This document shows, one piece after another, positions 1-11,209 of a stretch of DNA of 64,000 nucleotides (the first letter of the stretch is position 1; every line of letters begins with the position of its first letter). The notes below the pieces were generated by a model. The model made no database searches and was not told where the DNA came from. It saw only the letters and a list, made by a program, of their open reading frames with translations. Source of the stretch: an uncultured Bacteroidales bacterium (GTDB lineage Bacteria; Bacteroidota; Bacteroidia; Bacteroidales; JAGOPY01); the NCBI GenBank assembly GCA_963701785.1, contig CAVPBC010000002.1, positions 2,596,124 to 2,660,123 on the forward strand, written 5' to 3'. The position numbers were made by a program, and so were the translations under genes.

Positions 1-2
1 TC

Positions 3-170
3 TTTTCCAAAACTGGATTTGGTTTCTCGGTTAATAACATGCAGGATAATAACTTTAAATTTTAATAATTCACCAGCTTTTACAGCATGATCAATTGCAT
101 TTTCTCCAACCGGTGTAAAATCAGTTGGTACTAAAATAATATTATTCCGGTCCTGAATATTCTGAGCCAT
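3..170 (-). CDS. Universal stress protein (USP), N-terminal part; runs off the window edge
   Basis: Manual translation from ATG 170: MAQNIQDRNNIILVPTDFTPVGENAIDHAVKAGELLKFKVIILHVIN, with USP motifs ILVPTDF and ILHV. Not in the ORF track. Confidence 0.8.
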   Translation of the reverse strand, partial: MAQNIQDRNNIILVPTDFTPVGENAIDHAVKAGELLKFKVIILHVINRETKSSFGK

Positions 171-243
171 AATGAAATAGAGTTAATATAATCTGAAAAT
201 AATTGAAATTATCTATCTTTTGCCAACGTAAATCAAATAATAT

Positions 244-1084
244 TTAACGCGGAACGATTTTTTTCCAGTTGAAATCCCTTGGGTTAATGCACATAACCGG
301 GATCTGAGAAGGATTGAAAATGATATCCTCATCATAACTTCCCAGCAAATAAGTCTTCAGGCTCTTGTCAGGGTTGGTCATGATCAGGATCATATCAGCA
401 TTTTCGGCGGTAGCATAATCCAGTACCTGCTTGGTGAAATTTCCTGATTTATCAGCTGATTTAACTTTAAATTTCACATCATTCACCTGGAAGTGATTGG
501 TGATCATGGTAATGACATCATCCATATCGTCGCCGGGGAGATGAATGATCTCGAATCGTTGAATTAAATTCTTTGGCAATAGCGGCAGCCCATTTTGTTT
601 TCGACCATGGGCCGGCATCGGAGGTGATAGGCATGACAATTTTAGCCAGCCCGGAGCCGAAGGGCCTCTTCTGGATTACAATGGTAGGTAATTCAGAACT
701 GGTACAACTTTAAGGGCAAAACTACCCGTGATTTTCTGCATTCCAACTTTCCCGTGAGTTCCCAGGAAGATCAGGCTGGCTTTAAGATCATCACGCTACT
801 TCTGCAATGGTACTGAAAATATCACCCTCACGTGAAATGGTTTCAACCTGGATGACATATTCCCTGGTCAGGATGTCGGCAAGTTCCCGCAGACGTTCAT
901 CAACCCATTCAGGGCCTTTGCCTTCTTTCTTCAACTCACCGATGGTGTTTTTATCAATAACATGCAATAGCACGATTTTATAATTGAAATCTTTTGCCAG
1001 CGAAGCCGCACGATGGGCAGCATTGGTGCATACTTCCGAAAAATCGGTCGGAACAAGGAAGATGGGATTTTTTACAGTTTCCAT
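244..1084 (-). CDS. Tandem-domain universal stress protein (frameshifted)
   Basis: 791..1084 has FLVPTDFS and LLHV. The gap reads LIFLGTHGKVGMQKITGSFALKVV in another frame. 244..639 ends ADMILIMT..LLGS..IPVMCI. Confidence 0.85.
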
Positions 1085-1160
1085 GAAAAAATTTATTAAT
1101 TGATCTGATTTTTAAATTTACACAAATATAGAAAATATAATTAATGCCAATGGCAGGGAC

Positions 1161-1752
1161 TCATTTTTCGTGATTGCACATAAACTCAACCTGTTTTAGA
1201 TTTTCCATTTTATATGATTGGCGAAGCCTGATAGCAGAATCGGTGAAATATTTATGGGCTGCCAGGAAATCCCTCTGTATCTTATACCACTCTTGCAAAG
1301 TAGTGGGATTTATCTTCAAAATATCCCATTCATATTTCAGCCGGTGGGCAATCATAAAAAAATCAGGCCTTCCCAAGTAATCCAGGTCAGCATCACATAA
1401 AATTTTATCAAGCAGATCACTGGCACATTGCGGAAGCTTTGTCGTGCTGATCATCCTGCAAATGACCTCAATGTCAACCTGCTTGTAATTGAAAGACGGC
1501 AGGGTTTCACGGCAAATATTCGATGCTGGCTTCTTCATGTCCTCGGTAAGTCACCAGCATTCCAGAATCATGAAAAAGACAGGCTGTTTTTAACAACAAT
1601 ACATCATTTTCAGACAGCTTTTCCAATTCTGCCAGCCTGATGGCCGATTCAAGGACATCCAGGGTGTGGGAGATAGAATGATAAGTTAGTCTGGGATCCA
1701 GTTCCTTTTCGAGTTTATTGAGAATAAACTTTTTTACGCCTTCGTAATTCAT
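1161..1752 (-). CDS. HD-domain metal-dependent phosphohydrolase (frameshift ~1515)
   Basis: YHSISHT, FHDSG, GHEEAS and CDADLDYLG across ORFs 1507..1752 and 1161..1538. Confidence 0.85.
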
Positions 1753-1818
1753 GATTTCCTGTTAGTTCAACAATTCATTTTTAAGATTGTTCAGTATTGG
1801 AATGCTTAAATATACGGA

Positions 1819-3937
1819 TTAATACTTAAGATCAAAACTTTCGACACCATCCCAAAACTCCGGCACTCCTTTTTCAATATAATGATTGCAGCGGTCAAGA
1901 TAAATTTTTACGGCCTTATCCCTGGGATTAACAGCTTCAATAGTTTGAAGAAGTTTTAAAGCAGTTTTGAACTCCTTCTTTTTGTATGCCTGAATGGCTT
2001 TATTGTAATCTTCTTTTGTGCTTATTTTGAGATTTTTTATTATTTCAGGCTCTCCATCCATTATCTCGAAGATATAGATTGCTTCTTTCTTTCCTTTGAC
2101 TTTGACCACGTCCAGGAACCTGAAATGGTACTGGCTTGGATCATTGAGCTTGATCAGGGTGTCTTCAGTGATGATGATGGAACCTCCGTAAACTTTGGTC
2201 AGTCCTTCGAGACGAGCGGTCAGGTTAACAGCATCGGATATGACTGTGCCATCCATCCTGCCTTCCCCGCCGATAATTCCAAGCATAAGCATACCGGTAT
2301 GGATGCCAACGCCGGCATCTATCGCAGGCTTTCCGAACTGGCTGATGATTTCGTTATATTCCAGCAATTTGATCCTCATTTCTATGGCAGCATTGAGCGC
2401 ATCTTCGCTTCGCTCAGGGAATAGCGCCATAATCGAATCACCCATGAACTTGTCGATGAACCCGTTGTTATGCCGGATCACGGGTTCCATATATCCCAGG
2501 TAATTATTGATGAAATCAAAATTCTCCTTGGGGGTCATGGTTTCTGACATGGATGTAAAATCCCTGATATCGGAAAACATGATCGTCATTTCTTTCTGAA
2601 CCTGGTCGCCTAAATGAATATCGGTAATACTTTCTTTTCCGAGAAAATTCCAGGAACTGCCGGGGTACGAAACGGGCATTGGCCCTGTTGATATTGTCCA
2701 GGCTCTGGAAATAGTTTTTCAGCTTTCCCGACATTTCATTATACCCTTCCGTTAAGGCACCTATCTCGTCATTGGTCCTGACAATGCTGAAACTGTCGAG
2801 TTCTCCCCGGCCGGTGCGCTGCATATTGGCCAGCAGTTCGTTGACAGGTCGTACTATATCTTCCGTGGTCCACCTGACAAAGAGCACAATGTAAATGAGT
2901 GCGATGAAGATGCCGGTCCCGATACCTAATACCATCAGAAGGCTGTTGACGGCATTGACATAAAAGAACTTATCCAGCGTAGGCAGGTCTAATCCCAGGT
3001 TTAATGCCACATATTTTCCAAGCAGGATCTTTTGATGCTCATCTGTGAATTCATTAATTTCAAGTTCCTTGACGGATGACATGCTGAGAACAATATAGAA
3101 CACCACTATAATCAAGGGAAACAAAGTGGTCATGGCACTGGAAATCCATAACCTGTTCTTGATCTTTTCCTGCCTGACTTTAAATATTCTTCTTTTTAAT
3201 TCATCTTCTGTATAAAAATGTTCAAGGTACCTGATATGAACCCGGTGCTTCATCCAGAAATATACAAGCATTAGAGTTAATATGCTGGCGACTAAGGTTA
3301 TGAAAAAGAATTGAAGGTAAAATTGCCAGTTTATATCATCGACATTCTTTTTGAAAAAGATGATATAAAGCATGTACAATAAGGTGATGCTGTAGGGTAA
3401 AGTGAGGATACCGGTATTAATCCATGCGATCTTGAGCACGAATTTTCTGCAATATTGCTGGATGCGGGGCTTTATTGGCAAGAACTTCCGTTTCTTCCTG
3501 AAATATATTATAAAAGGCAGGTTGAAGCCAAGCCCGATAAGAAAACTGACCAGCAGGAGCCTGATAAGGAGGGCCATAGTACCGCCTATCTGACTGTCTT
3601 CCTGTGTATTGCCTCCAACGGTCACACCAATATTTGTTGACTCAGGCGTTGTAATTTTAAAAGTAAATGAAGAACTGTCAGCTGGCTGGTTTTCAATGGT
3701 GTTTACCTCAGCAATAGTGTCATTTTCAGTAAGCTTGGAAAAGGCGTCTGATGTTTTTGATATAGCGGATTCAGGCTGGTTCGTTTTTGACCGGTTCATA
3801 TAATCAGGAACATACTTGACTGCCAGTATGCCCGCGACCGGGAAGACAAGGAAAAAATACAGGATGGTGGAAACCAGGTAAATCCTCAAACCATGGTAGT
3901 GGGGCACTTTGCTGTATTTATTCTTCAGTGTTGTCAT
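1819..3937 (-). CDS. Multi-TM, HAMP-containing class III adenylate cyclase (frameshift ~2645)
   Basis: About 6 TM segments, HAMP (RPVNELL..NDEIGALTEGYNEM), and a cyclase domain with FSDIRDFT, DKFMGD, GTVISDAVNLTARLE, followed by a TPR-like tail. One extra T in a T-run joins the two ORFs. Confidence 0.9.
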
Positions 3938-3966
3938 TAATTGGCGGAAAGGCGGCACTAAATTAC

Positions 3967-4003
3967 AAAAAAAACTTCCTCTTCTTCGAGAGGAAGTTTT
4001 TTT
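3967..4003. terminator. Intrinsic terminator after the vor operon (bidirectional-looking)
   Basis: aaaaaaaacttcctct-tcttcg-agaggaagttttttt, a perfect stem flanked by A and T tracts. Confidence 0.85.
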
Positions 4004-4025
4004 GAAGTTTGAAAGGAGATGATAA

Positions 4026-4571
4026 TCAGCTGACTTTGCTGATAATTTCCATGCCCCTTTTCAATGCTTTTTCATTATCGGGAATCAGGTGATGATACCT
4101 GTTCGGTAATGATTTTTTCAATCCCTGGATGACATTTTCAAGTGTCACAACAGGTTTGACTTTAAGATAACCACCCAGCACAATCATATTGAATATTTTT
4201 GAGAGGCCCAATTTGGCAGCTTCATCAGCAGCTTCAACACGAAAAATATTAATGTCTTTTCTTTCAGGATGACGTGTTATGCCGTTGCCGTCATAGATCA
4301 GTGTTCCACCTGGTTTAACCATGGGCTCAAATTTATCCATGGATTGCTGGTTAAGAATGATAGCGGTATCGTAACGGGTAAGGATCGGGGAGCTGATCCG
4401 TTCATCGCTCAGGATAACAGTAACATTGGCTGTTCCACCCCGCATTTCCGGCCCGTATGATGGCATCCAGCTGACTTCCTGGTCCTGCATGATGCCTGAA
4501 TACGCAAGAATTTTTCCCATGGAAAGGACACCCTGTCCTCCAAATCCTGCAATGATAATTTCTTCAGTCAT
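4026..4571 (-). CDS. 2-oxoacid:ferredoxin oxidoreductase gamma subunit
   Basis: IAGFGGQGVL, PSYGPEMRGGTA. Confidence 0.92.
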   Translation of the reverse strand: MTEEIIIAGFGGQGVLSMGKILAYSGIMQDQEVSWMPSYGPEMRGGTANVTVILSDERISSPILTRYDTAIILNQQSMDKFEPMVKPGGTLIYDGNGITRHPERKDINIFRVEAADEAAKLGLSKIFNMIVLGGYLKVKPVVTLENVIQGLKKSLPNRYHHLIPDNEKALKRGMEIISKVS

Positions 4572-4575
4572 GACT

Positions 4576-4606
4576 TTGAAAATTAAAAATTAAAAATTAA
4601 AAATTA
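4576..4606. repeat. Heptamer tandem repeat (TTRAAAA)x4
   Basis: ttgaaaa ttaaaaa ttaaaaa ttaaaaa tta, between the beta and gamma genes. Confidence 0.7.
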
Positions 4607-4620
4607 TATCTGCTCACCGA

Positions 4621-5415
4621 TCACTTTACACTTACCATCGCTCCGTCAACCTTAATATCTCCAAGCGGATAGTATGGAAACATATTATCTACCATCCACT
4701 GGTTTGCCTGTACCGGTGTCATTTTCCAGCCTGAATTGCAATTGGAAACGATTTCGATGAACGAAAGTCCCGGTTTTTTATTAAGCTGGTTATCAAAAGC
4801 CATTCTTACGGCTTTTTTTGTCTTTCTTACATTTGCAGGCGTATGGACAGCCTGCCTCGTCACGAAAAACGTTCCGGGGAGTTGTGCTACCAATTCGGTG
4901 ATTTTCAGCGGGAATCCCATACTTTTAGTATCCCGTCCATAAGGAGAGGTAGATGATTTCATCCCGGGAAGAGTTGTGGGTGCCATCTGGCCCCCGGTCA
5001 TTCCGTAAATACCATTGTTGACAAAGAAGATGATGATATTTTCCCCGCGGTTGCAGGCATGGATCGTTTCGGCAGTGCCGATGGCCGCCAGGTCGCCATC
5101 GCCCTGGTAAGTAAATACGATCTTGTCAGGCCAGGTACGTTTGATCCCGGTTGCAAGTGCGGGAGCACGACCGTGGGCAGCCTGTTGCATATCAATATTC
5201 ATGAATTCATAGGCCAGAACGGAACACCCGACAGGTGCAACGCCAATAGTATCTTCCTGAAGGCCCATTTCGTCAATAACTTCCATGATGATCCGGTGAG
5301 CTGTGCCATGGCCGCAACCCGGGCAATAACTTAAAACTTTTTCCGTCATCAGGCTGGTCTTCTTATAGACCAGGTTTTCATCGGAAACGATTTCCTTATA
5401 TAATTTTTCGTCCAT
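4621..5415 (-). CDS. 2-oxoacid:ferredoxin oxidoreductase beta (TPP-binding) subunit
   Basis: YCPGCGH, HGRA, QGDGD, NNGIYGMTGGQ. Confidence 0.92.
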   Translation of the reverse strand: MDEKLYKEIVSDENLVYKKTSLMTEKVLSYCPGCGHGTAHRIIMEVIDEMGLQEDTIGVAPVGCSVLAYEFMNIDMQQAAHGRAPALATGIKRTWPDKIVFTYQGDGDLAAIGTAETIHACNRGENIIIFFVNNGIYGMTGGQMAPTTLPGMKSSTSPYGRDTKSMGFPLKITELVAQLPGTFFVTRQAVHTPANVRKTKKAVRMAFDNQLNKKPGLSFIEIVSNCNSGWKMTPVQANQWMVDNMFPYYPLGDIKVDGAMVSVK

Positions 5416-5419
5416 ATTA

Positions 5420-6503
5420 TCAGCCTCCTATGAATCTGTTTTCAAGTGCAGTCACTACTTCTTCGGGAGAGTGAACCATGCCTCCCATCCTGCCAAAATG
5501 TTCGACAGGTACTTTGCCATTCACGGCAAGCCTGACATCTTCCACAAGCTGTCCGGCGCTCAGTTCAACCGCGAGCATTGCTTTCACCTGGTTTGCCAGG
5601 GCCGCAATCTCTTTTTTCGGGAAAGGGAAGAGGGTAATGGGCCTGAGAAGCCCGGCTTTAATTCCTTTAGCCCTGGCCAGCTGCACTGCTTTTTGTGCGA
5701 TGCGGGCGCTGGAACCATAAGCTACATATAAGTATTCAGCATCTTCACAATTGAATTTCTCGAACCGTACTTCTGTTTCCTCAATCTTGCGGTATTTCTC
5801 CTGGAGGTGTATATTGTGCTTTTCCTGTACGGCAGACTCAAGATTTAGAGAAGTGATGATATTTCTCTCCCTGGTCTTTGGTTTTCCGGTTGTAGCCCAG
5901 GGACATTCCTTGATTAATTCGGCATCGGTTCTCCGGGGAACCGGATCGGCCAGTTGCAACTTTCTCCATCATCTGTCCGATCACTCCATCAGAAAGCATC
6001 ATCACGGGATTTCTGTATTTGAAAGTCAGGTCAAAAGACAGCCTGACAAAATCGAACATCTCCTGCACGGATGAAGGGGCCAGCACGATCAGCCGGTAAT
6101 CGCCATGTCCGCCTCCTTTAGTTGCCTGGAAATAATCAGCCTGAGAAGGCTGGATCGTTCCAAGTCCCGGTCCACCGCGGACTACGTTCAGGATGACCCC
6201 CGGTAATTCTGCACCGGCCATGTACGAAATGCCTTCCATCTTCAGGCTGATGCCAGGGCTGGAGGATGATGTCATCGCTTTTTTGCCGGTGGAAGCGGCA
6301 CCATAAACCATGTTGATGGCTGCTACTTCGCTTTCAGCCTGCAATACTACCATGCCTGTCCGTTCATGCGGTTTCTCGGCCATGAAGTATTCAAGTACTT
6401 CGGATTGCGGTGTGATCGGATATCCGAAATAGGCATCCACGCCCGCCCGAATGGCAGCTTCTGCAAAGGCCTCATTGCCTTTCATCAATTTTAATTCACC
6501 CAT
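5420..6503 (-). CDS. vorB: 3-methyl-2-oxobutanoate (VOR-type) oxidoreductase alpha subunit (frameshift ~5958)
   Basis: [36 protein letters not shown]; the C-terminal domain is in 5420..5959. Confidence 0.88.
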
Positions 6504-6535
6504 ACTGATATTCTGTTATTTGGTGGGATCAGACT

Positions 6536-6760
6536 TCAACTTTTTTCCTGTAACACGGTGATCACCCCGTCGGGGCAAACCACGGCACAATTGGTACAAC
6601 CTGTACATTCATCTGGATTGGCAGCAAAAGCATACCGGTACCCTTTGTGGTTAACTTCCCGGGCTATGGAAATTACTTCCGTAGGGCATGCTCCGACACA
6701 AACTTCGCAGCCTTTGCACCGCTCAATGTCGACTATGATAACTCCTCTGACTTTAGCCAT
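6536..6760 (-). CDS. 2x[4Fe-4S] ferredoxin-like delta subunit
   Basis: CKGCEVCVGACP and CTGCTNCAVVCP. Confidence 0.92.
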   Translation of the reverse strand: MAKVRGVIIVDIERCKGCEVCVGACPTEVISIAREVNHKGYRYAFAANPDECTGCTNCAVVCPDGVITVLQEKS

Positions 6761-6849
6761 TTAGTAAAAAAATTAAAATAAATGCTCATTTGTTAAGCGC
6801 CACGAAATTATTAATAAAAGATGAAATAAGCTGAAAGAATAGATTTGAA

Positions 6850-6867
6850 TTGTTATTAGGGTAACAA
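6850..6867. promoter_or_regulatory. Palindromic operator TTGTTA-N6-TAACAA upstream of the vor operon (Rex- or CRP/FNR-like)
   Basis: aaTTGTTAttagggTAACAAtt; the same motif occurs at rex, hoxF and gcvP. Confidence 0.55.
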
Positions 6868-6922
6868 TTTATACTTGGTTTAAATAATGGAATTTACGGT
6901 AAAATGATGATCAGGAAAAGAT

Positions 6923-8236
6923 CTAAGGATGATCTTCCCTGAATCTTTTCAGCCTGAGTTCCAGGTCGGGGAACTGATCGCGTTTGACCAGGGATACGCA
7001 GGCCCTCGCACCTTCCAATCTGTCGCTTCCGCATATTGATAAGGCAATGGCACTGATCCCGTAAAACAGCATTTCGCGTAAAAGTTCACCCCCTGAATAT
7101 CCTGGGTAGGAGAATGTGAAATAGAATCCATCCGCAATAGGATTATCTTCATCTTTATCATAGACGATCTTAAATCCATTGTCAGTGAAAAGCTTTTTCA
7201 TGATCCTGGCTTTTTCGCCATATTCTTTCACTTCCTTAATAAAGTTAAATTCACCATCATTGGCTGCCTTTAGGATGGCAGCCAGGGCAAACTGGGGAGT
7301 ATGGGCAGTCCCTGAACTCAGCGAATAAAGTGTCCCGAAAATCATGGCATGCCCGACCTTGGAAAATTTGTAGAAACGTAACAGGTCCGGTGCCTCAGTT
7401 TCAAAAATTTTATTTGAGATTACCATCATGCCGATCCTTTGCCCTGCATAGCTGAATACTTTTGAGCTGGATATCAAAAGGACATAATTGTCAGTATAAT
7501 GTGCAACTGACGGTTGGTAAGGCGGAACGCCGGGTTGAGAATAATCTTTGCGGAAATCCATACCGAAATAAGCAAGATCTTCGATTACGATCACATTGTA
7601 TTTATCTGCCATTTCAGCGATAATCCTGAGTTCCCTTTCAGTAAAGCAAATCCAGGAAGGATTGTTAGGATTGGAATACAAAATGGTTGAAACCTTTCCG
7701 CTTTGAAGGTAGGATTCCAGTTTTTCACGGAGTTTTTCACCCCTGTAATTATATACATCGAATGATAACGTTTCAATGCCCAGGATGCGGAGTTGCTGCA
7801 TATGAACCGGGAAACCGGGATTTAGCAGAAGTGTTTGTCCACGGTCTTTGTGCATCCGGTTCAGGGTCATAAAGGATGCAAAGCTTCCTTGCATGGAACC
7901 TACGGTAGGAAGGCAGCCATCGGCATTTACATCAATATTCAGGAACAGCTTGACAAACCTGGAAATTTCCGTTTTTAACTCGGCTCTTCCGTAAATATCA
8001 GGATAAATCGCAGGAATACCCATATCAAGCGCCTTTTTTTCCGCCTCAATACCTATTTTGACAGGTGCGAGCCCGGGAATGCCCATCTCCATGCGGATGA
8101 AGCGCTGACCCGATTCCTTTTCAATCATGTCTACCAATCTCTTTATTTCACGGATTGAAGCAATCCCCAGATCTCCGATCCGGGTTTCTTTAAGTTTTCT
8201 TTCTACAATTTCAAAATCGATTGGTGTGCTTTTCAT
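6923..8236 (-). CDS. PLP-dependent class I/II aminotransferase
   Basis: NPNNP, EDLAY, SSSKVFSYAGQRIG (PLP lysine). Confidence 0.9.
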   Translation of the reverse strand: MKSTPIDFEIVERKLKETRIGDLGIASIREIKRLVDMIEKESGQRFIRMEMGIPGLAPVKIGIEAEKKALDMGIPAIYPDIYGRAELKTEISRFVKLFLNIDVNADGCLPTVGSMQGSFASFMTLNRMHKDRGQTLLLNPGFPVHMQQLRILGIETLSFDVYNYRGEKLREKLESYLQSGKVSTILYSNPNNPSWICFTERELRIIAEMADKYNVIVIEDLAYFGMDFRKDYSQPGVPPYQPSVAHYTDNYVLLISSSKVFSYAGQRIGMMVISNKIFETEAPDLLRFYKFSKVGHAMIFGTLYSLSSGTAHTPQFALAAILKAANDGEFNFIKEVKEYGEKARIMKKLFTDNGFKIVYDKDEDNPIADGFYFTFSYPGYSGGELLREMLFYGISAIALSICGSDRLEGARACVSLVKRDQFPDLELRLKRFREDHP

Positions 8237-8312
8237 GAGTAAACGTTAGATGTATTAATTGAAAAAATCAGTAGATGCCAAAAATATAAATTAAAATCCG
8301 AAAAACAAAAAC

Positions 8313-8330
8313 CTGTGAAATTAATCACAG
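8313..8330. promoter_or_regulatory. Perfect palindrome CTGTGA-N6-TCACAG upstream of the aminotransferase
   Basis: CTGTGAAATTAATCACAG overlaps the stop of the upstream gene; the minus-strand -7 box TATTTTTG is at 8279-8286. Confidence 0.5.
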
Positions 8331-10382
8331 TTGATGCGGATCCTGGCATCAACAGCCACAATTTTATCTTTTCCTGCCATGAGAGGGTTCAGGTCCATTT
8401 CCATGATCCGGGGTAAGACCTCGGCCAATTCAGAAAGTCTGACCAGTATCTCACCAAAAAGTTCAAGGTTAATTCCTTCCTTGCCCCGCATTCCTTTTAA
8501 CATGGGATAGATTTTAAGCCGTTTGATCATATCCATGCTTTCTTCGACGGAGATGGGTGACAGACCCGCGCTGAAATCTTTCAATACCTCTATAAAAATG
8601 CCTCCCATCCCGCAAAGGACCATGTGCCCGAATTTCTCCTCGTATTTGATACCGGCAAAAAGTTCAACACCTTTGATCATTGGCTGAAGCATTACACCCA
8701 TGGCACCGTCAATATTCATCAGTGTATCATAAGATTCCAGGGCGGTATCAGGATCCTTTATATTCAGTATTACACCCCCTGAATCTGATTTATGAACCGG
8801 GCCCACAACTTTCATGACCATTGGGAAACCCATGTTCTGCAATACTTCAGAGACATCGGACTTTGAAAATACCACTTTTTCCGGAACCGTGGGTATCGAC
8901 ATCGCATCAAGTATTTCTGAAACCGTTTCAGGAGGCAAATAGCCGGAAGGATACCCGTTGATTTTCGCCATGATGGATTCCGGAATTGCAGGGGCATTTT
9001 TTTGCACTGCAATCGCCGGCGTGGGTTTAAAATGTGCTAATCCGAGTGCCCGTGCAAATAAAACTTCATCCGGGAAATTGATCCTGCCTTTTTGAATGAA
9101 GGAATTAACTTCTTCTCGTGCGGTTAGTGTTGAAGGTAATATGGGGTAAATGGGTTTGGAAGATGATTTCATCTTTTCATCGAGTACCTCATACACGTCA
9201 AATATCGGGTTAAGGCCCGGTGTGCCGAAAATCACGGCCATGCCGTCGATTTCATCAAAATACCGGTCGGTGTAATCAATGATCTTACCTAACTGCTCTG
9301 CCGTTCCTGTTGCGAGGAAATCAATGGGATTATTCACTGATGAACCGGGATACAATTCCTTTAACAGCTCCTGTGATTTTGGACTTTTTATTTGAGGGAC
9401 ATGAAATCCTTCTTTTGAAAGGGCATCGGTGAGCATAACGGCAGGCCCCCCGGCATGAGTGATAATGCCAATATTTTCTCCTTTCAGCTCTTTATGAAGG
9501 AACACTGAAGCTACATTCATAAGTTCTTCCCGCCCGCTGCATCTGACAATACCGGCTTTCCGGAAGAGAGAATCGACGGCGAGGTCGGAGCTGGCCAGTG
9601 CGCCGGTATGCGAGGATGCTGCCCTGCTGCCTGCTTCGGAAGAACCGGCTTTGATGGCGGCAATCTTACAACCCTTCTTGATGAGGGAAGATGCATGTTT
9701 TAATAATAGCCGGGGCTTATTAATGGATTCCATGTAAAGCAGCTTGACTTTTGGACTGATGACCGGGTCAAATGATTCATCCATGTATTGAAGGATATCC
9801 TCAACCCCCATCTGGGCACTGTTGCCAACGGAGAATACCCGGGCAAAGGTCAGACCCTTTCTGAATGCCGTTTTCCATGATAAAACATGCAGTTGCCCCG
9901 GAACCGGATATGAAATCGCAGCCGGATAGATTTAATTTCGGGATAGGGAGTGTAAAAACGCCATGATAAGCCGGGGTTAAAACCCCGATGCAGTTGGGAC
10001 CGATCAGTGCGGCACCGGCTTCATTGATGATTTGCACTGTCCTTCTCTCTAATTCCCTGCCTTCATGGCTTTCTTCACTGAAGCCTGCCGAAATGATGAT
10101 AAATGCCTTCGTACCCTTTTCTTTTGTTAATACCTTAACTATATCAGGAACATATTTGGCTGCTATGACCATTATGGCAAGCTCAACTTCCGGCAACAAT
10201 TCCACATCGCGATATGACCGGATCCCCTGCACCATATCTTCCCTGGGGTTAACCACCATTAAATTTCCCTGGTAACCCCCGTCAACGATATTTTTAAGGA
10301 TTTTACCTCCTGGTTTTTGAAGATCATTCGATCCACCAATGACCACAATACTTTTCGGATCTGTTAACTCCCTGTTAATCAT
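8321..10382 (-). CDS. ADP-forming acetate/acyl-CoA synthetase, fused alpha-beta (frameshift ~9857)
   Basis: CoA-binding N-terminus (IISAGFSE, IGPNCIG), phospho-His motif AASSHTGALA, ATP-grasp C-terminus (HKSDSGGV, EMDLNPL, VDARI). Confidence 0.9.
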
Positions 10383-10627
10383 CTTGCCATACTTTATAAT
10401 TCTATTAAATCAAGTGTCTGCTAAAGTATAAAATTGCTTGCCCTTAATCCTAAAATCCTGTGAGAATTTCTTTTCCTGAAGATTTTTTCTCATTTAAAGG
10501 CTGCATTTATGCTAAATAAATAATTCTGGCAGGATTTTAGTGTCCATATTAGTCTGGTTACTAAGAAATAATTATGTTAAAAAAGTATAAAAAAACTAGT
10601 ATTCTAGATCGTTTTTTAAAATATTAA

Positions 10628-10635
10628 TACCTTTG
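10628..10635 (+). promoter_or_regulatory. Bacteroidota -7 promoter element TACCTTTG
   Basis: TAnnTTTG consensus 24 bp before ATG 10660. Confidence 0.6.
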
Positions 10636-10659
10636 TCTTACTAATTAAACATTTAAACA

Positions 10660-11124
10660 ATGAAAAAAATTACTTTATTTATTTCCATGATTTTGGTTTC
10701 GGCGACTGGAGTTTTCGCGCAGGCTACAGAACCTGTTAAGATTGAAGACAACCCAAATGCACCGGAAATAAGCTTTGACAAATTGGTTCATGACTACGGA
10801 ACCATTGCTTTTGGAGGGGATGGCGTCTGTGTTTTTAAATTCACAAATACGGGAAAAGAACCCCTGATCCTTCAGCAGCCACAGTCTTCCTGCGGATGTA
10901 CCGTTCCGACATGGCCTAAAGAGCCGGTGTTGCCAGGTGCTTCCGATGAGATCCAGGTGACGTATAATACCAAGAAAGCTGGTCCGATCAATAAAACGGT
11001 CACCATCAGGTCAAATGCAAAGAATAATACTGTTGTTTTGCGCATAACAGGAAAAGTTGAAGCCGATGCTGCCCAGCAGTTGCCGGTGAAAACCACGGGC
11101 GAAGGAACTCCTGTCAATAAGTAG
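10660..11124 (+). CDS. Secreted DUF1573 (Ig-like) protein
   Basis: Signal peptide; FKFTNTGKEPL..SSCGCTVP..PVLPG. Confidence 0.85.
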   Translation: MKKITLFISMILVSATGVFAQATEPVKIEDNPNAPEISFDKLVHDYGTIAFGGDGVCVFKFTNTGKEPLILQQPQSSCGCTVPTWPKEPVLPGASDEIQVTYNTKKAGPINKTVTIRSNAKNNTVVLRITGKVEADAAQQLPVKTTGEGTPVNK

Positions 11125-11141
11125 AACATTTTAAATTTTAG

Positions 11142-11186
11142 AGGGTTGTCTGATAAGTCTAGTAAGTCTTACCAGGCAGCCTTTTT
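11142..11186 (+). terminator. Probable intrinsic terminator
   Basis: agggttgtctgataag...cttaccaggcagcc followed by ttttt; stem includes G-U pairs. Confidence 0.6.
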
Positions 11187-11209
11187 CATTTCATAAAAGA
11201 TTATTATCC

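Noticed and set aside
1161-3937. Cyclase + HD as a Pycsar/CBASS-like anti-phage system
   Set aside because: The cyclase is a multi-TM HAMP signalling enzyme with ATP-specifying K/T residues. There is no TM or TIR effector, and the context is housekeeping rather than a defence island.
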